This document shows positions 1-11,566 of a stretch of 64,000 nt of DNA, in pieces. The position numbers and the translations under genes are program-made. The stretch is from Neophaeotheca triangularis (taxonomy: Eukaryota): positions 434,001 through 498,000 of the forward strand of contig BAAIJX010000012.1 in NCBI GenBank assembly GCA_054600435.1, written 5' to 3'. Numbering within the stretch: position 1 is the stretch's first letter; each line of letters starts with the position of its first letter. Under the pieces are notes generated by a model. That model was not told where the DNA came from, did no database searches, and saw nothing but the letters and a program-made list of their open reading frames with translations.

Positions 1-1353
1 GCCATCTTCGTCGAACCTCCAGCCGGCGCCAACGCCCAGAGACGGCTCTGCCGTACCGTGGAATTCACAGGCTTCATTCTCTAGCTGTCCCCATCCGTCA
101 ACCCCACTCCCCACGACGCCAGCCAAGCTTCCGTTGTTGTCTATCATGTCCTTCTTCAGTCGAAGAGAGGCCTCGTAGATTGCGTGAGTCATGCTGGGGA
201 CCCATTCACCACTCAAGCCGAGATCTGCGCAAGTCTGCTTTGCAAATTGCTCAGGAAAGCCAGGAGGATGTAGTAGAGACCACTCAAACTTGTCCGTGTA
301 GAGTCTGTTCTGGAGATTGACGCTCAATGTGAGGATGCACCGATGTGAGTCTGGAGGGTTCAGCGCATGCGAGTTATTCGCATCCCGTGGCAGAGGCTCG
401 GCAGAGACGGCAAAAGCTGGTGCGGAAGTTCCGTTAGGCATGGGTGTTGAAGGGTCTGACGTATGGTGGTGACCGTTCATTTGAGGAGGCTGTAGGAGGG
501 TAGCGTTGGGTGTTGATGTATCCATAGCGACAGAAGAGTCTTCGCGTGACAAGGGAGGCTGGACCGAAGGTGTAGGCGCATTTGTAGCGGGTGCCGGTGC
601 GTGAACAGCGCTGGGCTGGAAGAGTGGGTGAAGTGCTGTCGAGGCATGTTCTTCGAGTTGCTGTCTTATTTGCTGCGCAATCTCGTTGATCATCCCTGGT
701 TTCCTTGACAGGGGAAAGTCCAGCTCATCGACAAGGGTCTTGGCGAACTGATCCGGTGTGATCAGTGCCTCGTGCAAGTTCCACATGAACGAATCCTTGA
801 GCCTGTATGGGGGCGTAGGGTCTGGCTGCTTGTAAGCGGGCAGGTTCTCGTCGATGCCAAAGTCCTTGGCGTTGCTGGGGGTTGGAAGCGCAGCGTCAGG
901 CCGAAATGGCGCCACGTCAAGATCGATGCGAATGGGTATGAGGGTAGTGGGCAGCGTGGACTGTACATGCGATTGGCGTTCGGTCAAGGCGCGTTTGGGT
1001 TTCCCCATCCACTCGCGCCATATCCCCTGCACATCCACTGGCGCAAAAACCTCTTTGCCTAGCTCTCGCTGTCCGATCTTGTCGGCGTTGGGGTCGACAT
1101 CTCTTCCTTGTTGTGTGCTACGCAAACCTGTAGGCCGCCTTCGCGCATTGTCCGAGTCCTCTATACTGTCATCGTCAAACTCTTCGGCGTAGTTGATGGC
1201 GGTGGTACCACGTTTCGTCGTTCGCGTAGGAGGGACAACATTCTGCGGCTGGACGGGCGTAAGGAGGGAGTTGCCAAAAGTTCGTATGCGCGGTGCATAG
1301 CTCGAGACAAAAGCTTGCGGCGCGTTGACGCGGTTGACGTTGACGACTGTCAT
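1..1353 (-). CDS. SFH1: RSC chromatin-remodelling subunit Sfh1 (SNF5 family), 3' end runs off the window
   Basis: Manual translation from ATG at 1353 reads MTVVNVNRVNAPQAFVSSYAPRIRTFGNSLLTPV...RTTKRGTTAINYAE...LYTDKFEWSLLHPPGFPEQFAKQTCADLGLSGEWVPSMTHAIYE...GAGWRFDEDG. The frame is open to position 1, which explains its absence from the ORF track. Confidence 0.9.
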   Translation of the reverse strand, partial: MTVVNVNRVNAPQAFVSSYAPRIRTFGNSLLTPVQPQNVVPPTRTTKRGTTAINYAEEFDDDSIEDSDNARRRPTGLRSTQQGRDVDPNADKIGQRELGKEVFAPVDVQGIWREWMGKPKRALTERQSHVQSTLPTTLIPIRIDLDVAPFRPDAALPTPSNAKDFGIDENLPAYKQPDPTPPYRLKDSFMWNLHEALITPDQFAKTLVDELDFPLSRKPGMINEIAQQIRQQLEEHASTALHPLFQPSAVHAPAPATNAPTPSVQPPLSREDSSVAMDTSTPNATLLQPPQMNGHHHTSDPSTPMPNGTSAPAFAVSAEPLPRDANNSHALNPPDSHRCILTLSVNLQNRLYTDKFEWSLLHPPGFPEQFAKQTCADLGLSGEWVPSMTHAIYEASLRLKKDMIDNNGSLAGVVGSGVDGWGQLENEACEFHGTAEPSLGVGAGWRFDEDG

Positions 1354-2639
1354 GTCGTCGTTGCTGTTTGGCGGGGTCAATTGTTGCCCTTCACCTTCGA
1401 GGTGCTGTAGTAAGTAGGCTTTCACCTGCGCGACTTCACAAAGAGCCGGCTGGGGAAAGTTGTTGAAGCAGAGGAACGCTGCCGGTGCCGGTGTCGTCGC
1501 GTGAAAACAATATGGGTATCATTCGAATCGCACTGGAGCGGCGAAGGCGACTAGGACTGTTTACTGCACTGCGCGTGCGTGTCGCCGCGGGTGAAGCTGG
1601 CTCGAAGCAAGGAGGGAGGGATGGCCCGGGGTTTGCTGAACTGAACTTTCCAAACCCTCACGCGTTCAACAAGGCGCCCACAACGAACGTGTAGTCGGGT
1701 CGGACAAGCTTGCGGCAAGGGTCAACCCTAACCCTGGTTACGGGCAACGCATCCCGCCCCGCCTCGCCTCGTGCCCGACTTCACTCGCCCTTCCCTTCAC
1801 TTCACCCGTTGCTTCTGCCTGCCTGAGGCGCCCTTCACTTACTGCTGAGCCATCTTAGTCTGGTTGATAAGGAAGCCATAAACCGCATCACCAGCCTCTG
1901 TCGCGCATATGAACACTTATGGCCGGAAGGCATCCAACGGTTGGCGCGTATCTGTTTCAGCTTCAAACCCGGTCTGCAGCCAGCGACATCTCCGTGGCCA
2001 GTCATTGCCGCTCGCGTATATAGGAGGTACTACCGATACAAAACGGAAGTACTCCAAAGAACCGATTGATTGCTTCGATCTTTCCACAAGTATCGCGTCG
2101 ACACCGATCACCGTGTCCCAGGCCCCCAGACAGTGAAGAAGAAGCGAAGAACTACAGCGAGCCCTGCAGTCACACCCAGATGCTTGTCGACAGAGCCAAG
2201 TCTCACTCTGTCTCTTTCCAGGGCTCCACTACCCAATCGCGCGCGGCTATGGTATTTCTCAGACGGTAGGGTGAATCGCACTTCCCTCGTCATTGTTCTC
2301 TATTCACCAAGCAACCAGGTACCATTGTCAATTGGTGAATAGTGAAAGGGTGCCTTTGCTGTCTCAAAGAGCTATTGTTCTTGGTTTTAACAATGACGCG
2401 AACCTTTGCTTGAAGACTCGACACCCGGCCGTCGTTTTCGAGAAGGTACTTAAGACCATGTTTCTCTCTGCCTCTTTTCTCAAAACCAAGACTTCTTTTG
2501 ATTTATTTGCGCAACGACCTCTAACCTCCGTGTAAACCCAACTTCAACCACTCCTTGCAGCACTCTCTCTCCTCTAGCTGGTCTAGAGCAACTCACAACA
2601 AAACACTCTTTAGCGACCAACCAACCGATCGATAACAAA

Positions 2640-4043
2640 ATGCTTTCCTTCAACACTTTGCTTGCGGCTGTGCTTGCGCTCCTCCATGTTTCTACAGCGC
2701 ATCTCATCATGGACTACCCAGTCCCGATGGGCCTCGATTCACTGGACAACAGCCCTCTCGCCGACGCGAAGCCCGGTACACCGGAGTCCGATTTCCCTTG
2801 CAAGCAGCGTCCCGGCGTTTACGACCTCTCCATTATGAATAACTTCAAAGTCGACGACCCCATCAAGCTCAACTTCACCGGTAGCGCCTCTCACGGTGGA
2901 GGCACCTGCCAGATCGCAGTGTCCATGGACAAGCAGCCCGACTATCAATCCACCTGGAAAATTATCCAAGTCTTCGAAGGTGGTTGTCCCGTCTCGAGCG
3001 CTGGCAACGACGGCACCGATGAGTTCAGCTTCAAGATACCCAATGGGTTTCCCAACGGCGAGGCCACTCTTAGCTGGACCTGGTACAATCGTGTCGGCAA
3101 CCGTGAATTCTACATGAACTGTGCAGCCATCACTGTGACTGGAGGCGCCGACGACGGTCAAGCCTACTACAATAGTCTCCCGGATTTGTACGTCGTCAAC
3201 CTTCCGACAACCGAATGCAAGTCCGTCGAATCCAATTGTCAAAAGATCCCACATCCAGGCCAGTTTGTCCTACGCGCCAACGACGACGGCGAAATCGCCG
3301 CTGCTACTGGACCTTCGTGTGCTGCCTCAGCTGCCGCGCAGACTGAGGGCGTTCAAGGATACAAGACTGCGCCTTCCGACGAAAGCGCCGCTACGCAGGC
3401 TCCCGGCGTAGGCCGACACAATGACAATGCACCTACAAGCCAAGTACCCGATGGCGCATACGTTACCTCCGCCCCAGCTACGACCTCCGTGGTTCAGACA
3501 TCCGCGCCAACCACCTACCCTACCCTCTCGCCCTCTGACGGGCAAGGCGTCTCGAGCCCTGGCTCAGAGAACCCGACCGCCGCGCCTACCGCACCTGAAT
3601 CCTCTAAACCAGACCCCACTCCGCTCCCAAAACACGACAAGGACAACACAAACGACTCCTGCACCACGGATGGCGCCATTGTCTGCAACGGCAGCTCCCA
3701 ATTCGGCCTCTGCAACCACGGCAAAGTCGTCTGGCAAGACGTCGCTCCTGGCACTGAATGCAATGGCGGCGTGGTGCAGAAAGTCAAGCGCGCGGAGCCC
3801 GGAAACAGTGCTGCTGGTGCCGAGGCCCAGGCACACGAAAAGGGTATGCGGATGATGCATGAGAAGATGGAGCAGGCGCATGAGGAGGGCATGACAATGG
3901 GTGCCAAGGGGATGCACGAGCATATGAGGGGGCATGGCCAGGCGCATAGGCACGCGAGGAAGCATGTAGGTACGGGGAAGGGAGGACTCGACAGGGCGGC
4001 TTGGCGGGAATTGAGTGTTGAGGAGGCTGTTGGTGGGGTTTGA
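2640..4043 (+). CDS. Secreted AA11-type lytic polysaccharide monooxygenase with Ser/Thr/Pro linker, small Cys-rich chitin-binding-like module and His/Met-rich tail
   Basis: Signal peptide ending STA followed by N-terminal His (HLIM); SHGGGTCQ second-His motif; WTWYNRVGNREFYMNCA motif; 4-Cys module CTTDGAIVCNG...GLCNHG...GTEC. Confidence 0.85.
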   Translation: MLSFNTLLAAVLALLHVSTAHLIMDYPVPMGLDSLDNSPLADAKPGTPESDFPCKQRPGVYDLSIMNNFKVDDPIKLNFTGSASHGGGTCQIAVSMDKQPDYQSTWKIIQVFEGGCPVSSAGNDGTDEFSFKIPNGFPNGEATLSWTWYNRVGNREFYMNCAAITVTGGADDGQAYYNSLPDLYVVNLPTTECKSVESNCQKIPHPGQFVLRANDDGEIAAATGPSCAASAAAQTEGVQGYKTAPSDESAATQAPGVGRHNDNAPTSQVPDGAYVTSAPATTSVVQTSAPTTYPTLSPSDGQGVSSPGSENPTAAPTAPESSKPDPTPLPKHDKDNTNDSCTTDGAIVCNGSSQFGLCNHGKVVWQDVAPGTECNGGVVQKVKRAEPGNSAAGAEAQAHEKGMRMMHEKMEQAHEEGMTMGAKGMHEHMRGHGQAHRHARKHVGTGKGGLDRAAWRELSVEEAVGGV

Positions 4044-4863
4044 GTGAGGGGATTTGAAAAAGGTTTACTCTCGTTACGCATAGCTTGGAGGTTGCGGATA
4101 GTCTGGGTCAAGGGTAAGGTATGGCGTTACTGGTTTGGGCATAGCGAATGGTGGCTCGTGTTACTTTGGGCAATGGATTGCTACGTCGCCGGCCGTACTG
4201 CAATGTCGTTTCGTTAAGTAGACCGGTCGATTGAAGTGTCATCTGGACATCTTTCCTTGCTCTTCTGTTGGTGCTTACGAACGGTGATTGTGTAATCGTA
4301 GGAAGGAAACACGGTCCAGCATGATCGATACAGGCATCCATTTTTGGCCAGCTTTTGGTATTCAAAGTACGATCGGTTCGTCTGAACCGCTTCCACGCGA
4401 TAACCAGATGATGCCTTGGAAGCTGGTCTCGGGGGAAAATTTGCGGTTTTTATCTGCTGCCTGTGTCGTTCATGAATAACTAGAGACAATTCATAGATAA
4501 GGTATTTGGTGTACATTTCACACACACATCATCGACAGCCTACCTTGCCTTATTGACAGTTCATTCACAGCTTTACATTTCTATACAGTCCCATCGCTAG
4601 CTAGCGCTGCCCAGGCAATAGTAGCCAATCAGCAGCCAATCAGCTCAACCGACGTTCGCTGAGCTTCGCCTTCCTTTCGATTCGCCCTTGAAGCATCCCA
4701 CTCAAGCACTACAGCCATCTGACCTCTACAAGTGACAGGATGTCCTCGGGCTAGTAGAAACATACATAAGCTCATGTCACAACTCTGCACTCGTATATAT
4801 ATGGCGTTGTAGCCTAAGTAGTCTCGACAACAGCATGAGCAGTCTGCAGCCAGTCAATCCACC

Positions 4864-6659
4864 ATGGCCAGCATCCTAGACGGCATCCTCGCCCTCTTCT
4901 CGTGCTTCTGGGATGTCTTCGGTTTCTGGGCATCCGTAGGTTCAGCTCAAGACATAATCTCCATCACCACATTTACTAACATCACCTATAGCGCCTCTGG
5001 ACATACTTCACCTTCAACCGCCGCAAACACCTCACCACACGCCTGCACAACTCGCAATCCTTCGAAGATTGGCAAGACACGGCGCTCGAGCTGGACAAAG
5101 CCGTCGACAATGATGCCTGGCGCTACGACATGGTGAGCCGGCATTACGACTGGAGACTCATCGACACACGCCTGGACAACCTTAACACGGCCCTGTACGA
5201 AGGCGACGTGCTGACTGTGGTCGACATCCTACGCTCCGGGCTGGTGCGCAATCTCGGCAACATCACGTCGCCGAAATTGTTCAATCGCGCTTACGCCGGG
5301 ACCAAGTGCTTGATTGACGAGTATGTGAACGTCGTGGCGGACGCCGTGAGGTATGTTGTGGAGTATGGGGGTGGCGATGGCGCTGGGGATCTGGAGCTTT
5401 CGAGCCAGAATAAGCTCGATTTGCTTCATGATACGAGGCAGGCTTTTGGTAGGACTGTGCTGGTGTTGCAGGGTGGGAGTATCTTCGGTATTTGTCATGT
5501 CGGTGTTGTCAAGGCTCTGCATTTGAGGGGACTGTTGCCGAGGATCATTGCTGGAACTGCCACAGGGGCGTTGATGGCGGCGCTGGTGGGTGTCAAGACT
5601 GAGGATGAGCTGCTCGAGTCTTTGTCGGGCTCCGGCGTCGACTTGACTGCTTTTGTGGCTTCCAGCGAGCGAGCGGCCGCACAACCTCAGCATCCCGGCT
5701 GGCTTGCTTGGCTTCATACGCTTCGACGACGTATCCAGCGCTTTGTGCGGTACGGCTATGTGCTGGATCCCAAAGTACTGGAACAGAGTGTGCGTGCCAA
5801 TGTCGGGGATCTGACGTTTGAGGAGGCCTATAACAAGAGCAAAAGGGTGCTGAACATCACAATCTCTACTAATGGCAGGGGTGTGCCGAGCCTCCTAAAC
5901 TATATCACAGCCCCGAATGTACTCGTGTGGTCAGCAGCCATGGCCTCCAACGCCTCTGACCCTAGTCAGGGAGCTTCATCACTGCTGGCCAAGAACTCTG
6001 ACGGCGAAATTGAGCCCTGGGCCCTCCTTTCCGGCACGACTCCCACCCGACGAAACACAGTCAAGCGTCGCAGCGGTGACAGAGACCGCAACGCGCCGCT
6101 TTCCCGTATTGCGGAACTGTTTAACGTCAATCACTTTATCGTCTCACAGGCTCGGCCATACATCGCCCCCTTCCTCTCGCCCTCTCTCCACCACTCAACT
6201 TCCTCACCACGCTCAAGCCGCACTTCAATCAGCACGTTCGTCATGCGACTTATTATGATGGAGATCCAGCATAGGCTCACCCAGGCAGACCAGCTCGGTC
6301 TCCTCCCTTCCGGCCTTCGCCGCCTCCTTTTAGATGAACATATACCTGGCGCCTCGCTCACGCTTGTGCCAGAGGTCGGCTTGAGAGACTTTGCCAGATT
6401 ACTGAGGAATCCCACGGAGAAGGAGATCGATTACTGGATCTTGAGGGGCGAGAGGAGCGTTTGGCCTGCCGTGGGCGCGATCACTGTCAGGTGTGCTGTC
6501 GAGGTTGAACTCGACCGGGGCTACCAGGTTGTCAGAAGACGGAAACCTTTCGACGTGGGGAATGCGGTTGGAGCAGCAGCCGAAGGCAGTAGCAGGAAAA
6601 AGTCAGCCAACGTCGGACATAAGAGGAAAAGGCGCAGGGCTGCCAGTAGCGGCGGCTGA
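4864..6659 (+). CDS. Patatin-domain triacylglycerol lipase, TGL3-like; intron 4936-4991
   Basis: Exon 1 from ATG 4864; intron GTAGGT...TACTAAC...TAG joins in frame to ORF 5130-6659. Motifs GTKCLIDEY, QAFGRTVLVLQGGSIFG, DLTFEEAY, LLNYITAPNVLVWSA, ELFNVNHFIVSQARP. Confidence 0.88.
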
Positions 6660-6746
6660 TGTACTGTTCACTCATCACTCATAGCTCCATCACTCGCGGC
6701 GTGCACCTTCTCTATGATATATATCTCCATCATCACCTTCCAACCT

Positions 6747-7477
6747 CTATTTGCCCAAGTTCAAAAGCCCCTTCTCCTGCAGGTACTTGGTAATCTGCGC
6801 CACGCTCTCCTCGACACTCGACTCACCACCCTTGATATGAATCTCGGCATTCTGCGGCGCCTCATACGGCGCACTGATGCCAGTAAACTCCTTGATCTCC
6901 CCGGCCCTCGCCTTCTTGTACAAACCCTTGGGGTCCCGCTTCTCCGCCTCCTCGACGCTCACATCGACATAGACCTCAATAAACGGCAACGCCTGCTCAT
7001 CGCCCTTTGTCTCGGCGTGCAAATCCCTCGCCAACTTCCTGTCGGCGGCGTAGGGCGAGATGAAGCTCGTGAGCGCGACGGTGGTGCTGTCGGCGAAGAG
7101 CTTGGCCACTTCGGCGATGCGGCGGATGTTCTCTTCGCGGTCTTTGGGGCTGAAGCCGAGGTCTTTGTTCAGGCCGAAGCGCACGTTGTCGCCGTCGAGC
7201 CGGTAGGTTTGGAGCCCGAGGTGCAGTAGGTGTTGCTCGAGCGCGATGGCGATGGTGGATTTTCCCGACGCCGACAGCCCCGTGAACCAGACTGTGCAGC
7301 CGCGTTGTTTGCGGAGGTCGCTACGCTCGCTGCGCGTGAGGCCCGGGTGCCAGGTGATGTTGCTGGGTGAGGGGTTAGTTTTGAGGGGATGTTTGCTGGG
7401 GGTTTGTTTCGAGGAGTGGTGGGGTGTCTGGGTGGAGGTTTGTGCCTTTGCGCGGTTGGAGTAACTCACGTTGCCAT
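6747..7477 (-). CDS. MET14: Adenylyl-sulfate (APS) kinase; intron 7469-7363
   Basis: ATGGCAAC|GTGAGT...CTAAC...CAG|C AAC ATC ACC TGG CAC gives MATNITWH; P-loop [43 protein letters not shown]. Confidence 0.96.
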
Positions 7478-9532
7478 TGTGATTGTTATTGGACTCGGAG
7501 TGTTGGGGTCTGAAGTTGGATATCGTAGTGTCTTTTTTATCGTTCAATGGCCCTCGATCGTAAACAGAAATAAAAAGATAACAGAAAGTCACTTTTGACT
7601 ATCGGCGGTGGAACTTTAAGCAAAGAGGGAGCCCCTCCTTAACCCCTCGAAGCGTTATCGGAGCCGTGTATCAGCGCGCTGACTCCCGGCCCGAAATGGT
7701 CAGCAATTTTTTATCTGCGTGCAGCAAAGGCGTGCTCGCCAAGACGGATCGCACGTGAAGGCAGAAAGACTCTGCATCTCTACTCGGGTACTACCTGGAC
7801 CTCACCTCTTGGAAGTCGGAGTCGAAGTGGAAGAGCATACTCTACATTCACTGGTATATCGACTTGTTCCGACATCTGCTTCTTTCAATGATGGAGAAAG
7901 CATTCATTGACAGACTGCGAGTTCATTAGCCAGCATTAAAGCAGCCTCGCAAGACGAAAGAAGCCCCTGAAAGGATACGTTCGTTCACGAATCAATACAA
8001 GCACAAGTATCCACCTTACTATTGCTAGAAAACAGACTCACTCTATTCGTAGACACAGTAATACGAACTCTTTGACAGCAGACCCATGAGACGTTCGCGC
8101 TCCGTTTCTGGCTTTCGTGGGCTTGGACTGTGCTACACCGTCCAAGCCCAGCACTCTTTGAGAGACGCCACAGTGTTTGACATGTTGTCCGCGATAGAAA
8201 TGTGCATGACGGCGCGTCGTGACAGTGGCAAGGACGGTACTGGAAACCTCACCAGATCTTCCACTGGCCAATACCCTGCGTCCCCCGTGTCCTCCATGTA
8301 GATGTCGCCAGTCCGGTGACGTTTGGATTGTTCTCCAGGTATTGATGCAGAACCAATATGGCACATCCCGCGGGCAAGAGAATCGTCGAATGAGTCGATC
8401 GCGGCCGGTGAGAAGCAACATCCGAGCAATCCATGGGAAGTTTGCGGCGTTCATGGTTCCACCGATGCGGCCATGCGAATACCCATGGCTCCGGCACGAT
8501 CAAGATCGGGCACAAGGCCGTCAATTACCTGCGCTGCGGTTGAAAAGGCGTGAAACGGTCGTTGCCACACCTGGCAATTCCTATTTGCGCTGGCTGCGAT
8601 CTGACTGTAATCTGGCCGCAATCTAGCTGCTGCGTGTTTGGCTAGATGCAGCCCGTCCATTCTAGACCACACCCGCTTGCGAACCATTTAATGGTATAGG
8701 AAGGAGGAGGGAGAAGGTAGGGGAATAGAAGTAGGTATAGTGTGATTTCATGTGAAGCTGATCTGAGAGATTCCGCTTCACTTGGGGGGGCGCTCACAAG
8801 TATTCACCTCACCTCACCTCACCGCATAACAAGCACTCCACGTGCCTTATAGTAATATCAGGTGCTCTGCTGCGCCTCATTCAGCTTCGTCCTCATGACG
8901 TCTTCCTTGGTCTGGATCTACTGCGGGCTTCTATCTGTTCAATGCTGCTAACTTTTCCTCCTCCGTCTACTTCCAGCAAAACCAGCATTGAGGATCTTTT
9001 TGACTGCCCAGCAGAGAAGACAGCGAATAGGCCGCACTGCATTGGTGCAATACGCCATCTCGGTGTCCACATTGACCGAAGGGCAGGCATAACGTCACTG
9101 CGCTTGAGTGAGGTTTGGGAAAGAGCGGAAGACCTGGACGCGCAGTGACGGAGCTAGCTCCGCCGCTTGACCGCCCCTTTAAACCTCCCGCCAGATAGGT
9201 ACCTTACCTCCCACCTTCACTTCCAACAACTCACAAACCACCGCCAATACCTACCTCACCGTCGCGACATCAACACAACCCTCCTTCCTACCTTCAGCAC
9301 GGCAAAGCGCCATTCTCATGAGCTTGCAAAAACATAGTCGTATCCACTCCCACAACACACTTCCAACAGCTTCCCTACCCAACCACCGCGCTCAAGCCAG
9401 CCAGACGACGCATAGGCGCTCCGTCGCCGACTGATATCTCCACCGACACGAAAACCGTCACATCTACACGACACTAGCATTACACCAGCCATAACTTAGC
9501 CCACTCAGAGGCAGAGGCACACCAGGTAAGCG

Positions 9533-11566
9533 ATGGCACCACCTTCGCTTCCACTCCTTCCCACTCGTCGGCGCTCGACAAGCTCTATGCGACGCGACAC
9601 TGCTAAAAGCCAAGACTCTTCGCTCTTTCGGGAGCGGGTGAGTAAACGATTTTTGGCAGCGAGCGCTCTGCTCCTGTGGCCAGTGGCGTTCTTCGTCGCC
9701 TTCGGAGAATTGTCTTTGGGAAACTTCATTGACACTTTGTACTGCAGCACAGTCAAACAAATGTTTTATCCCAGCAGGGAGGGCTGGGAGCGAATCGTCG
9801 TGGCCATTTGCGGGCCTGGAAGCATCGGTGAGGAACTGTGCGGCAACACTAGAGGTCTGGCTCGAATGCTAATCATCAACATCATAGAAACGATGTGGAA
9901 AGCCAAAGAGAACAGGTTTAAGAAGACTGTCGCGGCGTCGGCCAGCAATGGCAGACGCCACGGCAAACTGCCGGATTACGAATTGCTCTCGGAGCATTTT
10001 TCATGCAAAACGACATCCGGCAAGATTGCCAGTATTCTCCGCCTCAGCCCTACCACGTCAAGGTCAGAGACCGCGACGCCGACTCCAAAGGCGGAGGCCG
10101 AATCTGCAGTGGCAATGCCAGCAGAACCAGAGATCGAACTCTGGGGGCCTCCGCCGGCGGAAGTCGAGGAATACGACTGGAAGTTGTACCAGATGTGCGG
10201 CCACGCCGAAGACAGCAACCCCCCAAGTCCTTCCTCAATTCCTGAAGCGTGGCCCGAGAGTAGCAGCTTCGAGAGCACGTCCACAGAGCAGCTGGACAAT
10301 GACTGCAATACGTACGGCGTCAGTTTCGAGCAGCAGCAAAGCACTGCGCATACTACGCCCGATACCTCATTTGGCGAAAAAAAGCCATTGTACAACGAGA
10401 AGGGCGAGCTCGACATTGAAGCCGCCTTCGCGAACGACCCCGAATGGATCAGGAGAGAGGCGAGGCGAGAACGCATTAGAAAAGGCGAAGAGTTGCCATT
10501 CGACGTGTGGGTTGGACGCCGCAGGCCCCGTGCCTCGCCACAAGAGGTCGTCGACAAGGACCTTCCCGTACCATGGGACCTCTGGAACGAAAAGGAGCGC
10601 AACGACTACCTTTTTCACACCACGCGCCATGAGTCGTACATTAAAGATGGCGTCAGTGTCGTTAAAGGCTTTAAAATCCCACCGAGGCAGATGCTTCAGC
10701 CACCACTGCCAAAGCAGCAACCTACCGCTCGTCGACAGTCACTCTTAGCTCGAAATCTGCGAAAGGCTTCGATGCCTACAGGAGAGCACAAGGTTCGCTT
10801 TACAGTCGAAACGAAAGGTCCAGGTGTCTTTAGGCCAAGGATCGATCATCCCCGTGAGCATCACTACAAGGACTCCACCGGTCTCCCCGCCTCGTACTAC
10901 GGAAGCGCTCCAATCAGCAAAAGCTTTATGGAAGCCGCCGGTAAGCAAATGGCGGGAGTTGCAGCATCTTACGGGGCGGTCTACGAGGAAGAGGACGGGG
11001 CGGACGCAAACGCAGTCACCGAGCAAATGACCCGTGCCAGCAACAGCAAGGGCAAAGCTCCAGCCACCGACGTCAAAGACATCAAACATGTCAAAATCGT
11101 CACCTCAGCCGAAGCCGAGAGCGCCATCGAGTCCGACGACGAGGATGAAGACGAAGAGTCCGCCTGGGAATCCGTCGCCCCTACCCCTGAAAACCTGCCT
11201 CCTCAGCCTACCCAACTTCCACCCGCTCAACCTGAAGCCTCCAAGAAACGCACCCTTTCTACCAAGGTCCCTAAAAGCATTCTCAAGAAGCAACGTCCCG
11301 TCTTCCCAAAACCCCCTGCCTCTCCCCCAGGAGCCGAGAAAGAAGAAACCTACACGCTCGCTCCAACGAAGCAGAAGCTGGCCCCTGAGACCAACAAGGC
11401 TCAAAATGGCCCTCGTTTCCCAGAAACGCCAAAGAGCATGCGCGTCCGTTCGCCAGAGGTTGTGGATTCGGTTGTTGCCAAGTCTCCCGCTACAGCGGCT
11501 GTGACGGTAGACACGGATATCAAGTCGGCATCGTGGAAGGCGGGGCATATTGAGATGGTGGAGTGA
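9533..11566 (+). CDS. Hypothetical protein (677 aa), largely low-complexity, one N-terminal hydrophobic segment
   Basis: Long uninterrupted ORF preceded by a C-rich 5'UTR-like region; no family motif recognised; true start uncertain. Confidence 0.6.
   Translation: MAPPSLPLLPTRRRSTSSMRRDTAKSQDSSLFRERVSKRFLAASALLLWPVAFFVAFGELSLGNFIDTLYCSTVKQMFYPSREGWERIVVAICGPGSIGEELCGNTRGLARMLIINIIETMWKAKENRFKKTVAASASNGRRHGKLPDYELLSEHFSCKTTSGKIASILRLSPTTSRSETATPTPKAEAESAVAMPAEPEIELWGPPPAEVEEYDWKLYQMCGHAEDSNPPSPSSIPEAWPESSSFESTSTEQLDNDCNTYGVSFEQQQSTAHTTPDTSFGEKKPLYNEKGELDIEAAFANDPEWIRREARRERIRKGEELPFDVWVGRRRPRASPQEVVDKDLPVPWDLWNEKERNDYLFHTTRHESYIKDGVSVVKGFKIPPRQMLQPPLPKQQPTARRQSLLARNLRKASMPTGEHKVRFTVETKGPGVFRPRIDHPREHHYKDSTGLPASYYGSAPISKSFMEAAGKQMAGVAASYGAVYEEEDGADANAVTEQMTRASNSKGKAPATDVKDIKHVKIVTSAEAESAIESDDEDEDEESAWESVAPTPENLPPQPTQLPPAQPEASKKRTLSTKVPKSILKKQRPVFPKPPASPPGAEKEETYTLAPTKQKLAPETNKAQNGPRFPETPKSMRVRSPEVVDSVVAKSPATAAVTVDTDIKSASWKAGHIEMVE

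Noticed and set aside
1722..1737. Telomere-like caaccctaaccct
   Set aside because: Under two full units; not an interstitial telomere tract.
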